A DNA stretch of 64,000 bases from Octopus vulgaris (GCA_951406725.2 OX597822.1:31806001-31870000), one strand, 5' to 3'; positions 1 to 15,082 are shown, numbered from the stretch's first letter. The notes: generated from the sequence alone by a model not told the origin. Program-made: numbers and translations.

Positions 1-169
1 TGATGATGATGAACAAGAGCAAAGACAAAAAGAAGGAAATTGAAGGAAACGAATGAGACGACGACGATAATGATGCGCCACAAAGAGACGAGGCACCAAG
101 ATCAACCAATGAGACTGAAACATTACGACCCATTTTTTATATTCCTTCACTAATATAGGCACACTTTCA

Positions 170-650
<481 letters not shown>

Positions 651-858
651 GGAAAACAACTATGAGGAAAATAAAACTGCTGTCGATGCTAACTAAACGA
701 GAGTCTAGGTGTACTTTGTCATTAGGTACACAGCTGTTGCTTTAGAGCCTAACTATTCTCTCACTTCTGCTCGGATGACACGGACGTAAACTGTGTATGC
801 ATTAGAATGGAGGCGGAGAAGTAGGAGAAGTAGGTTTGAAAATAAGCTATGACTCATG

Positions 859-871
859 GTGTATATATATG

Positions 872-929
<58 letters not shown>

Positions 930-1178
930 TATATACACATACATATATATAAATATATATATGTGTGTGTGTGTGTGCGTGTGTGTATGTATTTGTGTGC
1001 ATATATATATATATATATATACATGTTTCTATACATATGTGTATATGTATGTTATATATGTATATAACATTTATACAGTAAGAGAAGCAAATAAATGAGA
1101 GAAAAAAACAAATATACGTCCGTCCTCCGTCCATCCATCCATCCATACATACATACATACACACACAGACAGAGAGAC

Positions 1179-1275
<97 letters not shown>
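859..1275. repeat. Compound (TA)n/(CA)n/(TG)n and (TCCA)/(TACA)/(GATA)n microsatellites
   Basis: Directly visible tandem di- and tetranucleotide tracts. Confidence 0.97.
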
Positions 1276-3642
1276 TGCGTATGTGTATAAAGACTATGAT
1301 AATATACATGTCCGGGTGTATTGGGCTGTATGTATATATATATATATATTTTGTTTGTACACGTATATATTTAGTATACATATATATCTTTATGTATTTA
1401 TCTACACGTGTGCATGCGTCTACTCATGTATATAAGTTACATATTTTTTTTCTCACAGGTTCTTGGTGATAGTCAGACTAATTCGACTCCTATCCAAGCT
1501 ATAAAACCACTTCAGTATTAAACAAACATACTTCAGCGTAAATACTGTCGAATAGCGACACACTTACACACGGATTTGACCCCCCACTCTGCCTAACATC
1601 ATTGTACATAAAGACACACGAAGACAAATATAGCAACAATCACTTAATACTCCAGACAATCAGTTAATGCTGTTAACAATCACTTAATACTGTTCTTTGT
1701 AAATATATGAAGCGGTTCCTATATACTCACTTATGCATCCACATACAAGTACTCACAGCTATACAGATGTTTAGTAATGTATACGTGTATCTGCACTCTA
1801 TTTAGAAACAACGAAGCACGGCTGCGTATACAAACACACACAAACAAAACGCCTTAATAAGAGGTATTTTTGAGATAATAAACGGTTCACTGTGAGCTTG
1901 ATTTTCAAAATCCCTATATTACTTATAAGCATTCGATTTAATCTGAGATACAGCGTGTTTTAAGAAATAAAAATAATTTGATAAAACTCCCCTTTCAGTT
2001 TCGTTTTCTTCTTTTAGCTGCTACACGATGTATGGCTCCGTTTCATTCTGTGTTTTAGTCACGTGATCTCTTTTACGTTTTTGTATTTGTTTTTCTCTGC
2101 TACGTCTGCTAATTGTTTATATAAATGGGTTCTACTTTTTGATAGTCATGGTGGTCTTGATGGAATCTAATATCTATGTCGAAATCGGATTAATTTGAGA
2201 AAGGTTTTTATTGGCAGCCTTTGCAAGCGAAATGCAGTGTATTTCCAAGGAAACATCAGTTTTCGTATCATAAGCTGTAAGGGAGATCGAAGCAAAAGAT
2301 TAAAAGGAAAATTTTGTAATAATTAGCTTGCGCGGAAGTAATGCTCACCATTATAGAAAGTATCCCTATTACAGATGTCTTTCTGGGAAGATACATCAGA
2401 ATCTCCCCTCTATATTTTAGCAAGATTTATTTTTTATTACATATGTAGAGTGGTTAGAAACGTTGTTTATGTATGAGGTTTTTACGCTTGACTTTCTAGA
2501 AGCATAAAGTTTCTGTTTGTTTAAATTAACTTTTTGGAGGTTAAGCTAACATCATACTAGAATTTCAACTCAGGAAAACACTGATAGTGGACAGACAGAC
2601 ACACGCGCGCACGCACATATGACGGTATTCTTTTAGTTTCTGTCTACTAACAACGTCTATAATAGATGTGTACCCAAGTTTCCACGCAGTTGTGCTGCGT
2701 TGGAAAGCAAATCTTCTTACCACACAGTCACAGCTACATATCTGTGTGTATATGTGTGAATGTACTTATAGAGGGGTGGAAATGGAATAGATATACGATA
2801 AAAAAATTTAGAGGGAGAAAAAAAAACGCGAAGTTGTCAACCAAATATCATTACAATTTTGACCCCATCCAACAATACTGTTAATTTTCGTGGCTTCAGC
2901 AACGTAATACTCGAAGAAGGACTAGAAAACGTGGAGACAAAATGAAACAACTTATAAATGCAAGTACAGAGAGAATATTTCTTTCGATTTGTCAAAATAT
3001 TTTATGCAGCTCTTCTAAAATAAGCTAAACTGAAGTATTGTTTACCTTTCGGCCTTGAAGAAAAGGATATGAAGACCAAACAAATCAGAAGCAGTTAAAC
3101 ATGGACTGAGCAGGTGAATGGATTGAGTAGCATGAAGAATACGAAGTAGGAGAAAAGAGACGGTGACAGAGAAGAGTTTGTCGTGAATGTGATCAAAACA
3201 AGGATACAGATGGAGGAAAAGAAGGCGTGATAGAAACATAGACAGCCTTATAAATGGATAAGAAGTAACCAAGTTGGAAGGATAGATTGACGGATATGAC
3301 GACCGAAAGACAGATGGATGTAAACAAGAAAGGCAGGCAAATAAAGAGAGAGAGAGAAAACGAAGGAAAGATTGCTAGACAGAGAAAGCGTTAACAAGGT
3401 AAATAGGGAAAACGGTAGCAAGAATAAGGAGAAAGCGGTAGGTGGATAGGAAAGAAAACGTGTTTGTATGTGTATGTTTGTAAGTACTTGTGTGTAGATA
3501 CGTTGATTGATTCACATAAACATATCTACACGCACACACATACGCACACCACATAAGTATATACATCATACATACATACATACATGTATATGTACATATA
3601 TATATGTATATGTACATATATATATGTATATATATGCATATG

Positions 3643-3695
<53 letters not shown>

Positions 3696-4668
3696 ACAAT
3701 TATATATGTGTCTGTGTCTGTGTGTTTGTGTTCATAATACTTCTTAATGCCTATTTCATTCCCATTTATATAACTTCTCTTCCTCATCATCTCAGTTTCT
3801 CTTTACATCGTTTCTTTTTTATTTTCCTTTTCGTTCTTCTTCGTAATAACGTTTGGATATCTAATCAGATTTTTTAAAATACATTATCATCTTATTTTTC
3901 AATGGCGAAATAAATGATTCCGTGAAGTTGCGTACGTAGATTTTCTTTCTTTCTTTTACATATATATTCATTTTTGTACTGTTATTTTCTTATTTTTCCT
4001 TCTCGTTTTTTGTTTTCTTGCGAGTTATCTAGCTATTTTAAGAAGCTCTTTTATAACGTTCGTCTTACAAGTGTCTAATTTCATTCCACCCCAATCTTCT
4101 GCTTGTCTACCTATCCGTCCCTGTCACGGTTTTCTTCTTCCCCACCCCTTCTCTCTCGATATATCTTTTTCTATTTCATTCAATCTCTCCCTCTTTCCCC
4201 CACCCCCGATTCTCTAGAAAATACAGAAAAAAAAGTCAGAAGGAAAAGGCTTAAACATATATCGATTTCTTACTCAATCACTCGCAATAGCCTGTTTTCG
4301 TAAATAAGTGTAAATTTGAGACTGAGCGATGTTTATGTATTTCTAAAGACTTTTATTTTCTTTTTAATATTGGTAATATGAATGTTAAAAACTTCTCCGC
4401 GAAATAATCTCTATAGAAAACTAGTTCTCTGTTTTTGTTGCAATGCATTAGAGTGAGACATCTATATGCATGTGCGTGTGTATGTATGTATGTATGTATG
4501 TATGTATGTATGTATGTATGTATGTATGTATGTATGTATATCTACCTATCTCTTTACGTGTGTCTTGTAATTTAGGTCACAAAATATGCACGGGTGTGTT
4601 AGACGTATCTCAATTTCAGCAGTGCATGTTCAGGACAAAATGTTTTTAGTGAATTATGCATATATACA

Positions 4669-4733
<65 letters not shown>

Positions 4734-5309
4734 AAACAATCAAGATAGAAAATGCTATATTTATATTTATAGTTTGTCATTTTACTTTTCAACTGTATTA
4801 AATATAAATTTAGAAAAATTAAAAGAAATATCTTTACTTTTCTTTTATAAATTTATATTTAGTTATGAAACGACTGAAATGTTCATAAAATTATTTTAGC
4901 ATTTTCTATGATATATATATACCCTTATATATATATATATATATATGACAAAGTCAGGAAGATGTTAGAAGAAAACATGATGTTGTAACAGAACCAAATT
5001 TTTGGGGCTCTTGATTTTCCAGCAAGTTTGGCTGCCAAAATGAAAGTAATTGAGGTCAACTAGATATCGAATTCCGCTTACGCAATCGACTGGCCAGTTT
5101 TCAAAGAGAAATGTGTAAAAAAATGACCATGAGATAGCACCTAGAAACTCATGAAAGGCCATGCGATTGAACCTAGAAACTTTCCCCCACCTCCAAGGCA
5201 GAAGTCCGGGCAGAGGTTTACGAAAGACCAGCAGTCACCCATGCATAACGACCTCGTCTCTCCACGCCAGCTTGGCACCGTGATAATGCAACACATGTCT
5301 ACAGTCGAG

Positions 5310-5437
5310 GGAACTGGAGCAACGTGAAATAAAGTCTCTTGCTCAAGAACACAACACACAGTGCAGTCCGAGAATCGAACTCTCACTACCTCGTGACTGT
5401 GATCTCCGACACTCCAACCACTGAGCAATTCACACCT
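5310..5437 (-). mobile_element. tRNA-derived SINE family C (CORE-like), 5' part
   Basis: Minus strand TGCTCAGTGGTT (A box), GAGTTCGATTCTC (B box), then TGTGTTCTTGAGCAAGAGACTTTATTTCACGTTGCTCCAG; similar copies at 19555, 24697, 44583, 59965. Confidence 0.75.
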
Positions 5438-5475
5438 TAATATATTCAGTTTGCTAATATGAATGGATGCAACAA

Positions 5476-5706
5476 GGCGGCGAGCTGGCAGAAACGTTAG
5501 CACGCCAGGCGAAATGCGTAGCCGTATTTCGTCTGACGCTACATTCCGAGTTCAAATTCCGCCGAGGTCGACTTTGCCTGTCATCCTTTCGGGGTCGATA
5601 AATTAAGTACCAGTTACGCACTGGGGTCGATGTAATCGACTTAATCCGTTTGTCTGTCCTTGTTTGTCCCCTCTGTGTTTAGCCCCTTATGGGTAGTAAA
5701 GAAATA
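5476..5706 (+). mobile_element. SINE family A, full-length copy with TSD
   Basis: GGCGGCGAGCTGGCAGAA head, GAGTTCAAATTCC B box, conserved TCATCCTTTCGGGGTCGATAAA core, tail ending TAAAGAAATA; ~18-bp imperfect TSD (5457-5474 / 5708-5725). Confidence 0.92.
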
Positions 5707-6840
5707 CATAGGAGTGGATGCAACATGTTAATTACACTGGTAGATATACCTGCTGAATTCAATAAGATTATCTTCTTATCTGACAACGGTAAACGAAGAT
5801 TCTGAATATATTGATTTGGAAATTATATGAAAGAGAAAAAGAAAGAGAGAGAACGGGAGAGAGAAAGAATGAAAGAGAGAGCAAAGTTTAATCCTTAAGA
5901 GAAACTCAAGAAATCCAAGATATATTTAAACAAGGAGTGTATTGGAAATAGTAATTTTTCTTCCTTGTTCAAAAAATCATTACAAGTGTAAATAAATCAA
6001 CATGTTTGAAAAGATAATCGAGACTACGCCAGGAACTTCATTTGATGAGCTAATAAGAAAAACAATAACAAAAACTAGACAGACCTTGTATTGTAGAACC
6101 AAAAAGATTGAATAAATATTTCATTTACTAATTCGAAGTAAGTTCAGATTCACTCCAGGCATTCAGCTGGTGGGCAACTTTGTCCAACATACCACGTTTT
6201 ATCTTACTTTGGAAAGAATTTTAGCGCTTCATTCTTCCAGAGTTTGAGCAGAGGTTGAATGCAGTGGGTGAATTTCTTTCCTGTTGGAATGCCACCCTGA
6301 AGTTCATTGCCATCTGACAAAAACGTCTTCCAAAATACAAAAACAAAAAGAAATTTATACTGCTAAATTTATCATATGAAATATAATTATTTTTCAAACT
6401 CTAATCAAGTGGTTGAGATTCTGAATATACACTACAATCGCAACTTAAACTTTTGTCTCGAGAATTTCTTCAGATATCCACGTTTTGAAAATAAATGTAA
6501 TAACTTCAATTTCTATGCAGAAATGATACTCCATGTTGGAAGCGCAGGGGTTTAGGAGTTGGGGTATGGAGTTAATGCTTAATCACCAAAACTATCAGAT
6601 TTACTCTGGCCCAGGGTAGTAGTAACTGTTGATGGTGCGAGATATTGGTAAAAATCACAGATCCTGTGACTAAAATGTACATAGCTCGGAGGAGGTGTGC
6701 CTCCTAGAAATGTGTCCTGAAGACACGAAAACCGATCACCCTCCATAAGAGATTATTAGGTCCTTTGATTTAATGGTAACCTCGGTAGAGCAAGAATAAA
6801 CTGCGAATAAATTGGTTATGTGAAAACTGGTAATGGCTCT

Positions 6841-7232
6841 TCTTTTATTTTTATATTCATTTCAGTTTGACTGCGGCCATGCTGGAGCATCGCATTTAGT
6901 CGAGCAAATCGACCCCAGGACTTATTCTTTGTAAGCCTAGTACTTATTTTATCGGTCTCTTTCGCCGAACCACTAAGTTACGGGGACGTAAACACACCAA
7001 CATCGGTTGTCAAGTGATGCTGGAGGGACAAACATGGACACACAAACATATACATACATTTACATATATAGGACAGGCTTCTGTCAGTTTCCGTCTACCA
7101 AATCCACTCACAAGGCTTTGGTCGGTCCGAAGCTATAGTAGAAGACACTAGCCCAAGGTGCCACGAAGTGGGATTGAGCCCAGAACCATGTGGTTGGTAA
7201 GCGAGCTACTTACCACACAGCCACTCAGGCGC
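6841..7232 (-). mobile_element. tRNA-derived SINE family B (CORE-like), full-length
   Basis: Minus strand GTGGCTGTGTGGTAAGTAGC..GGCTCAATCCCACTTCGTGGCACCTTGGGC, internal TA/TG tract; matches copies at 15405, 20881, 44244, 51568. Confidence 0.88.
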
Positions 7233-8347
7233 TGTGGTAACTTTATCAAGAATACAATTTTTCCAGTTCTTGTATGGGAGTCCATGATCGCCGATGGCTT
7301 AAAACGAAAGCGGAACATAAAGATGTGAAGAAAGCGAGCGAGAAAGAGAGAGAAAGAGAAAGAGAGAGAGAAAAAGAAAGAGGGGGACGATTATTCTAAA
7401 TACTCAATTAGATGAAAACAATCATAGAAATGAAATTAAAACTGCAAAATATATTCCAGTGTAAGAATTTTCCAAACGAAGTTTTGCACGCCTCTTAGAA
7501 GCATTTAGGCCTCCCCTCTTATTTTCTTCATTTTAAGGAGTAACTGACTTTAAACTTTGGAATTGCGTTGCATTCTTACCCATTACAGACTTAGGATCCG
7601 AAAGTTTGCTATACCTATTGTGTTAAATTACTAAAACGATGCATAATACTTTTCTAGTTTTGTAGTGCCAATATGTGTCTACGTGAATGGATTAATGGTA
7701 AGTGCTGCTATTAGACCAGTATTTGCTGGTGATGATAGAGAATACAACTTGGTGTAAAATTACTGGCTTCAACGAAATGCAATCGTCGAAATTTATAAAA
7801 TATATAACACCTATGCTAACATGAAAAACAAAATGGATAAAAGACAGCACAACAAAACATAAAAGAAAGAAACACACATACAAAAAGGAAATATAATATC
7901 AAAACCAATATACCTACTACCAATATCAGCCATTCCGTTGGGAAGTAGAAAAGTTATGTTTATTTTGAAACATAGATGTGTAGTAAGCCGTTATGTCATA
8001 CATATTTCTACGCCATTATCAAGTGAATTGAAACAGACACTTTAGACAGTAAAACAATTAAAACAATAGAGTCAAAACCAAGTTGCCATTGGAAAAGTGG
8101 CCAGATAAAATGTCTAACTTTTATCACAATTCTTTTCGGTTACACTTGAAACAAGAGATTAAGCAACACAGGAAGTTAGTCTGCTTAATATATTTCGTAA
8201 GTATAGGTTGTAAAAAGTTAGCATTATCGAAGGCAACTTCACTTCTGGTCCTGAAATACACTGAGGTTGCAAATTCAACGATGTAAAACAAACAAAAGCA
8301 AGAGAAAATTTCTGAAACAAATCTTTGTACCTCTCCCTTTTCTCTCT

Positions 8348-8380
<33 letters not shown>

Positions 8381-8622
8381 CCTCTGTATACATATGCTCA
8401 CCACCCTTATTTATATAAACACACACGCATACTTGTGTGTATGTGTATATATATAAATATAAACATATATATGTATGTATGTATATAAACATATATATGT
8501 ATAAACATATATATATATATATATATATACATACATATATATATATATATATATACATATAAATATATACATGCATATTACATACATATATATATACTCA
8601 CATATATACACATGCATATATA

Positions 8623-8681
<59 letters not shown>

Positions 8682-9377
8682 TGCAATGCACCCCGGCGTT
8701 GCCCTGGTGTTATGACCTAGAGCCACATTGTATTATTTGCTCCTTTCTTATGGGCAGAATTGGCACACGAGGAGTATAAAGCAAACAACTCTTCTTTATA
8801 AACATTTTTTTCGGTCATTTTTCCGATAAACAACCCTGCAGCTTCCGTCTACCGCATTCAGTCTCAGTCACAATCTCTGGTTGGCCTAGGGCGATAGTAG
8901 AAGCAAACTTCTCAACTACACAGTCATTCTTGCATTTAATGTGTGTGTGTGTGTGCGTTTGTGTGTTTGTTCGTTGTTAAATCGAGTATTGTATCCCAAT
9001 ATATCTGAAAGCTAGCAGAGATCTATAAAATAAATGCCAGATTGAAATACCTTCTGAGGTGAGAATGATCAATAAAATTTTTCAAAGTGGTACCCCATCA
9101 CGTGAACAGTCGAAAGCCTGAACCCAGTAAAATAATGTTTAAAGACTTAATGGTTTTAAATTTAAGGAAATGGATTACAGACGACAAAATGATGAGTTCA
9201 AAACTTCGTATTCAACTTCTACTGTATACGATGACACTGTATGTACATCTTACTCTACTTGACTTCCAACGGTTAAGAATTGTGATTTGAAGTTGGATGG
9301 TTAGCAGTAAGACAGATGTCCAGATTTCTTTAAAAATTATTGTGAGAAATATTGTGAGAAAAAGTATTTTTCACAAC

Positions 9378-9462
<85 letters not shown>

Positions 9463-10363
9463 CACATACACAAAGTAACTGAGGTAACTTGAGATGCTAC
9501 AAATAGCAGCGAAACCTCTTAAAATACATCCTTTCATCAAAAGAAAGACACAGGTTTACAGTATTTTAGGAAGAACAAAAAACTCTGCGATGGTTCTGCT
9601 ATATCAGAGGCAACTCTGGGCTAAATAAAACACAGAAAATCATACTTCATATTAAAAGATTATCTACTAAATAATACTAATAATCTATATGAGAAGTACA
9701 AAGAACCGCTGCGCCGAATTCTCCATCGGTCTCAGAGGTAAATATTCAAATGTTCGACCAAATGTTTTTCGCTGCTCGTGAAATTGACGGATACCGATAT
9801 CTTTTATTCAGTAATTCCAAATGGATAAACGCCAATGTTAATGTTTATTATTTACAAGGTTCGAAATTGGAGCGATAAGTGCCACAACGCACAACGGAAA
9901 AGCATCTTATTGATTGCTCAAACTAATCTCATAATTTGCTGAATATATTATCCAAGGATATTCCAACCACTACCATCTGGCTTTTTTCAGGCATTGTGCG
10001 TCTAAAAACCATTATTTAATGTGTCCTTTCTTACACTGAGATTTGTAAGAAATGTGGATGCAAATAAATACTTGATGCTGGCATTGGTATTACTGCATAG
10101 TCCCGTGTCAACGGTGATTAGATAGACCTTTAATAAAAAAAAATTCCATGACCATTCCAGCTATATTTTAGAAGATAACCTTTCCTGGTTTTATATTATT
10201 TATTTAATGAAAGATATTGAAGAGCTGTCTGAAGGAATTTTGCCTGCTAGTATAGAGCCGTCATAAAGAATTTAGTGAAGATATGGCAGTATAATATACA
10301 AACATTACAGCTAACGTAGTAATGGTGGCGGGGAAACAATAGTCAAATATATGGCCTTCATTA

Positions 10364-11672
10364 CACTGGTTAACACAAAGTTTCTAGCATAAGTTTATCA
10401 ATGGTTTTTAGCTAATTTTGGGGCGCGGAATTCAAGTCTAGCATCAGATTTTGTCTATCACATCAGATTTTTGAAATATAAAATCTTTTAATTTTACTTG
10501 AAACAGTTATTTAATGATCATAAAGGAAGAATTAAACAAGCGTAGATGCAATTTTTAATAGACAATGTCTTTTTATAATCTAATAAATCAAAACACAAAT
10601 TTGAGGGACGGAATGCACATTAGCATATCTCTGTTCATTGTAGTCATTCATTCTGATCATATTACTGTAAGAATTTCCATTTTTATTTTTTGACGAGCTC
10701 TTATGCACAGCTCCTGGAATGTCTCTCATCCAGCAGTAATCTGCCATCATGTTTGAGTCACATCAGCTTTGGTAGCGTTCTTCCATTACTTTTACATCTT
10801 GATGAAAGCGTTCGCCTTGTTCTTCGCTAACGTCACCCAGCTTCTCTGGAAAGTCCCCCAAGTGACTGTATAAGCAGTGCGATTTAATGCTCATTTTTGA
10901 TCCAAGTGCTTGCAAACTCAAGAACAGCTCCTCCTCAATTTCTTGACAGTTGTCAGCTTTCCTGTTTCCAAGTAAATTCCGCACTACATCAAAGAAGACA
11001 TTCTAAGTTCTAGCCTCCGCCGCACTCATTGTTGTAACAAAATGTGGATCCCTGAGGAATGTTCTTATTTGATGCCCATCAAATATTCCTGCCTTCTCCT
11101 CGTGACTGAGATTTGGAAAAGCTGTAGCGAAGCAGTCTCCACTGTAACCAAGAGCTCTGATGAATTGCTTCATCATACCAAGTTTCAACGCAGGTTTTCT
11201 TCTGGTCTCCAAGTGCTACTAAGCAAGATACACCTTCTTGACAAAATTATTAATGTTGTGCCTTTGAGCATGTGGAATGAAGTTTCCGCGCCTTTGAGCA
11301 TGTGGAGTGAATTTTCCCCAAATGTAACAGAAAATATCGGGGTCATTACAGCATGTTCTCTTTCATGTTGTATCCATAACTAGATCACAGATTCAGTTCA
11401 CACCTGAAAAGAAGAGGAAGGGTTTTAAAGCAAAACTCAGCTTGAACATATTCAAAATTAGCAAGACAATCCAGCCAAAATTCCCGTATATAGTGGTGTA
11501 AAGTTAACTTTTGGTATGCTCCAGGTAAATAAATGTATATATCGATGACACAAAAATGTGATGTGATAGAGCAAATCTGATGTCAATTTTGGAAGAAGCA
11601 CCCAAAAACTAGTCTAAAAGAGCTCTAAAATTTTATAGCAAGAAAATAAAAGTTCTAATTTGATGACTAGTG
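10364..11672 (-). mobile_element. Chapaev3 (CMC superfamily) DNA transposon, internally deleted
   Basis: CAC...GTG termini, TTA TSD on both sides, imperfect subterminal inverted repeats (CATCAGATTTTGTCTATCACATCA / TGATGTGATAGAGCAAATCTGATG), transposase remnants inside. Confidence 0.85.
10700..11200 (-). pseudogene. Disrupted Chapaev3-type transposase C-terminal region
   Basis: ORF pieces KLGMMKQFIRAL, KAGIFDGHQIR, LGDVSEEQGERFHQDVKVMEERYQ and MMADYCW, broken by stops and frameshifts. Confidence 0.85.
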
Positions 11673-11877
11673 TTATTAATGAAGTCAGGAAAACCAAGTT
11701 TATTAATAATACACATAGGTCGAAGAGAAACTAATTTTTAGCTTTAATAAGGACCTTTCTATTACTACCATTGGTATTTTGAGAAGGGAAATGTGGAAGA
11801 AGAACAATATAACTACTCTGTTCAGTACTCATGTTGTGCTTCAGAAAATCCTACGTGAACCTAATTTTATGGTGAGA

Positions 11878-11909
<32 letters not shown>

Positions 11910-12155
11910 CGACTGATAAAGTTATAAAGACTCATGCATAGGGCTGTTTCAAGTTTCTATGTCAAGGTTACGATGATCGCTGCCCTACTTCAGCTGCCAC
12001 AAGTCAGTTGCGAAGACGAAAATTTTTGCGTGTTTGTAATTGAATTGCGACAGCGGAAGAAGTGTAACGATTATCCTGTTTATGAGTCTATATAACCGTA
12101 TCATTCAATGAATATTGTCTGCTATCTTGAGCGACATTGAGGTCTATATCTTTTG

Positions 12156-12218
<63 letters not shown>

Positions 12219-12223
12219 GTATA

Positions 12224-12440
12224 TATATAGTTAATCCAAACAAGAAAACACAGAAAAACAAAACACAGCAACGCGAGTACGTGGAACAATTAAAGTATTA
12301 TTTGACGCTCAGGAAAGAAGGGAAGGAGGGTTTAACGTTTCGAGCGGAGCTCTTCGTCGGAAACAAAGGGAAGGAAAGATCCCGAGAAGGGAAGACAGAG
12401 GAAAAAATTTTTTTTTGCTGGTGGTGCTCAAGAGATCACA
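12224..12440 (-). mobile_element. Penelope-like pLTR fragment in (TA)n
   Basis: Between (TA)n tracts, homologous to 53303-53495, carries an HHR-like motif. Confidence 0.65.
12330..12364 (-). ncRNA. Minimal type I hammerhead-like motif (core CCGACGA, U4C)
   Basis: GTTT-CCGACGA-A-GAGC TCC GCTC-GAAA-CG-TT-AAAC. Confidence 0.55.
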
Positions 12441-12860
12441 TGTTGAATATATATATATATGATTGTGTGTGAACGTGTGTGATATATATATATATATATA
12501 TGACAGAATATTCCTTTATTTATTGTATGCAGCATATGCTTATTACATGTACCAACGTGAATTCTTCTATGTAGTCGTTTGAATAGGAACTACACATAGC
12601 AATCAAATCTCCTATTTATATTACATATTTAATACTGTAACGTATTTATTTGTATTTACTGCTGAATGCTCTCTTGAACTCTTTTTCCTCAGCCAACTCA
12701 GCGATATTCACGATTTATTTCTGAATATATTGATCACCCTTCGACTTACCAACAAATGAGAGACTTATACTTCACGGAAAAAAACCTAATAAAAGCAATA
12801 CATGATCCTTAGTTTCTCCAATGGGTTTAAAGGACAAATCCACTCACATACTGCGTGTTA

Positions 12861-13256
12861 CGGATCTTTTCGGTTTGAACGGCAGTTTTTAACATAATTT
12901 CTATGTAACTAAAAAAATGTTAAACTTCGTATACTGGTAGAATGTGTTTATAAAAGGCTTTATTGAGAAAATTCTATTTGTTGTTGTTTTTCTTCAATTT
13001 CTGCAATTTCAACCAATCACTGACGTCTATTGAGGTAAAAACATTCTGTGCCGTATGAATATGTCCCTCGTTTAAGAAACAGATTGGGTTTATTTACATT
13101 TGTGAAGAAAAAAGATACCCTTCCCCCCACCCCTAACCTTAACCCTAACCCTAAAACAGATTGAAATGCAATAGATCCATACTAGAGTCATAATTATGGG
13201 TGACAATTTCATATGACACCGCTAGAAAAAACTGCCGTTCAAACCGAAAAGATCCC
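12861..13256. mobile_element. PIF/Harbinger-like MITE
   Basis: ~28-bp TIR GGATCTTTTCGGTTTGAACGGCAGTTTTT and its reverse complement; TTA flanking both ends; non-coding interior. Confidence 0.85.
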
Positions 13257-13955
13257 TTACATTTTTTCCAAATATTTCAATTAACTGCTTGCTCGTTTTA
13301 GAATTTGAACGTACCGCTCGGCGGAGTTTCTGATAACGCATTGCATGGATATTCTTAGTTAATCCAGGTTTTCCAAAAACATTGTCTTCTATACTTAAGT
13401 AAAACCTATCGTATTTGTAGAATATAAAAAGAGACTTGAAATGAATTGATTTCAAATATTTATAGAGTCCTGTTCGCTGACGTCTTATAAGGATTAATGT
13501 CTGAATGAGATAAAAATAGGAAGATGAAGGAAAAGTACTTAAGTGGAGCTATAACTTAAATGTAACTACAATCTAGTGTTGTCAGAAGCGCTGACAGGAT
13601 TACAAAGGTAGCCGTATTCTGAATACTCGAAATGTTTCTCTGATCCACTTTACTGAGTTTGTCTTTTCCGGTTTTTTTTTCTTTTACTCCATATTGTGAT
13701 TATTTTTTAAACTCTAAATCTGTTTTCAACGCAGTGCCTAACCAAATCTGTTAAAAAATGTTTTCCGCTTTTGTTGTTGTTTAACGCCTCTCCGTTTCTA
13801 TAGATGCGAGCAGGCATATACAAAAACATTCCAACTGTGACCACCACTGTCGTGTTTTACAGTAGTTCATGTTTTATAAGGCGCACGAAATTGTAAGACG
13901 CATCGCAGTTTTGACTAGCCCTTTCTTGAACCAACATTTTCCGGTAATTTTATAA

Positions 13956-14369
13956 TCTTTATATCTATAAACGGCAAAATGACTGTGTATCTGTGTGTCT
14001 GTGTGTCCTTTATACAAATCCACAGTTTTTCACGTAAAAGGCTCGCATTTTCTATGGGCTTTCAAAACTGTCTGAGGGAGGTCATGAAGATCTTTTCATT
14101 TCCCCACTCACCCCAGAAAGCCATTAAAAAAACTCGATAAACCGATCCCTTATTCCCATAAGTTATGGGCATATGGGCATTGCCGAAGTCCAAGGAATAT
14201 CAATTACTCTCATAAAAAGCTCCAACTAGCCCATAAACAACAAAACTGGCCCGGGCTATAATGTGATAAGAAACTTAGCTCTTGATTTAGTGAGAAAATT
14301 TTTACTGCGATCCGGCAACGAAGAACAAGCACTAGCAGTAGACCCGGCCAGGCCGGGTCATAGTGCTTG
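13956..14369 (+). mobile_element. Non-autonomous Helitron
   Basis: A|TCTTTATATCTATAAA 5' end; 3' hairpin GACCCGGCCAGGCCGGGTC followed by CTTG|T (degenerate CTAG). Confidence 0.7.
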
Positions 14370-15082
14370 TTGCAAATGAAACGGCATCACATGAGGATCT
14401 CTATGTGATGTAGTTTCGTTTTCGGGACAAGTTGTGCACGAAAACTGGTATGCTTTACAATATGTAACCAACAAAATTTTCAACAGAAATCTAATTTTAA
14501 GATGATAGGGCGTGATATGAGGGATTGGCAGTTAATTCTAGGAGATTGAGCGACCGTGTAGAAGTTGTTTCGTAGGTTCACGAAATTTTATGTTTTTCCA
14601 GCATGTATTAATGCATTAACAGTAAGTATAATTCTAATATCAGTGCTATAGATGTGGCACATTTACACCATTTGTCTCCATTATTCGCTTAGATCAATTG
14701 TGCGGTTTCCTTTGATAAAGCTATTGATTCCTCAATTCACAGAGACTGATTGATGTACAACGTACAGGTCACTGGTGGAACAAGTGAAATCAAGCTATTT
14801 CAACCGAGAAATGAAATATGAATGCAGATCTTTGGTCATGCAACTCTGTCTTCCCTATGACCCTCAAAAGTTTACGAATTTTAAGGCAAGCCACAGAAGA
14901 TATGATCGATCTCAGTATTCGACAATAAATGTTATCGAATCTGGAGATGAAAGAAAAGTAATTTAGGATCATGCAGGGTTTCAACTCAAAGCGTACCTAT
15001 GCCCAGCTGATAGCTAATCCGGTAACATTCAACTCAGCCGGCCTTGTTTATTCTTTGGTTTTCTTATCGTTGAATAATATTA

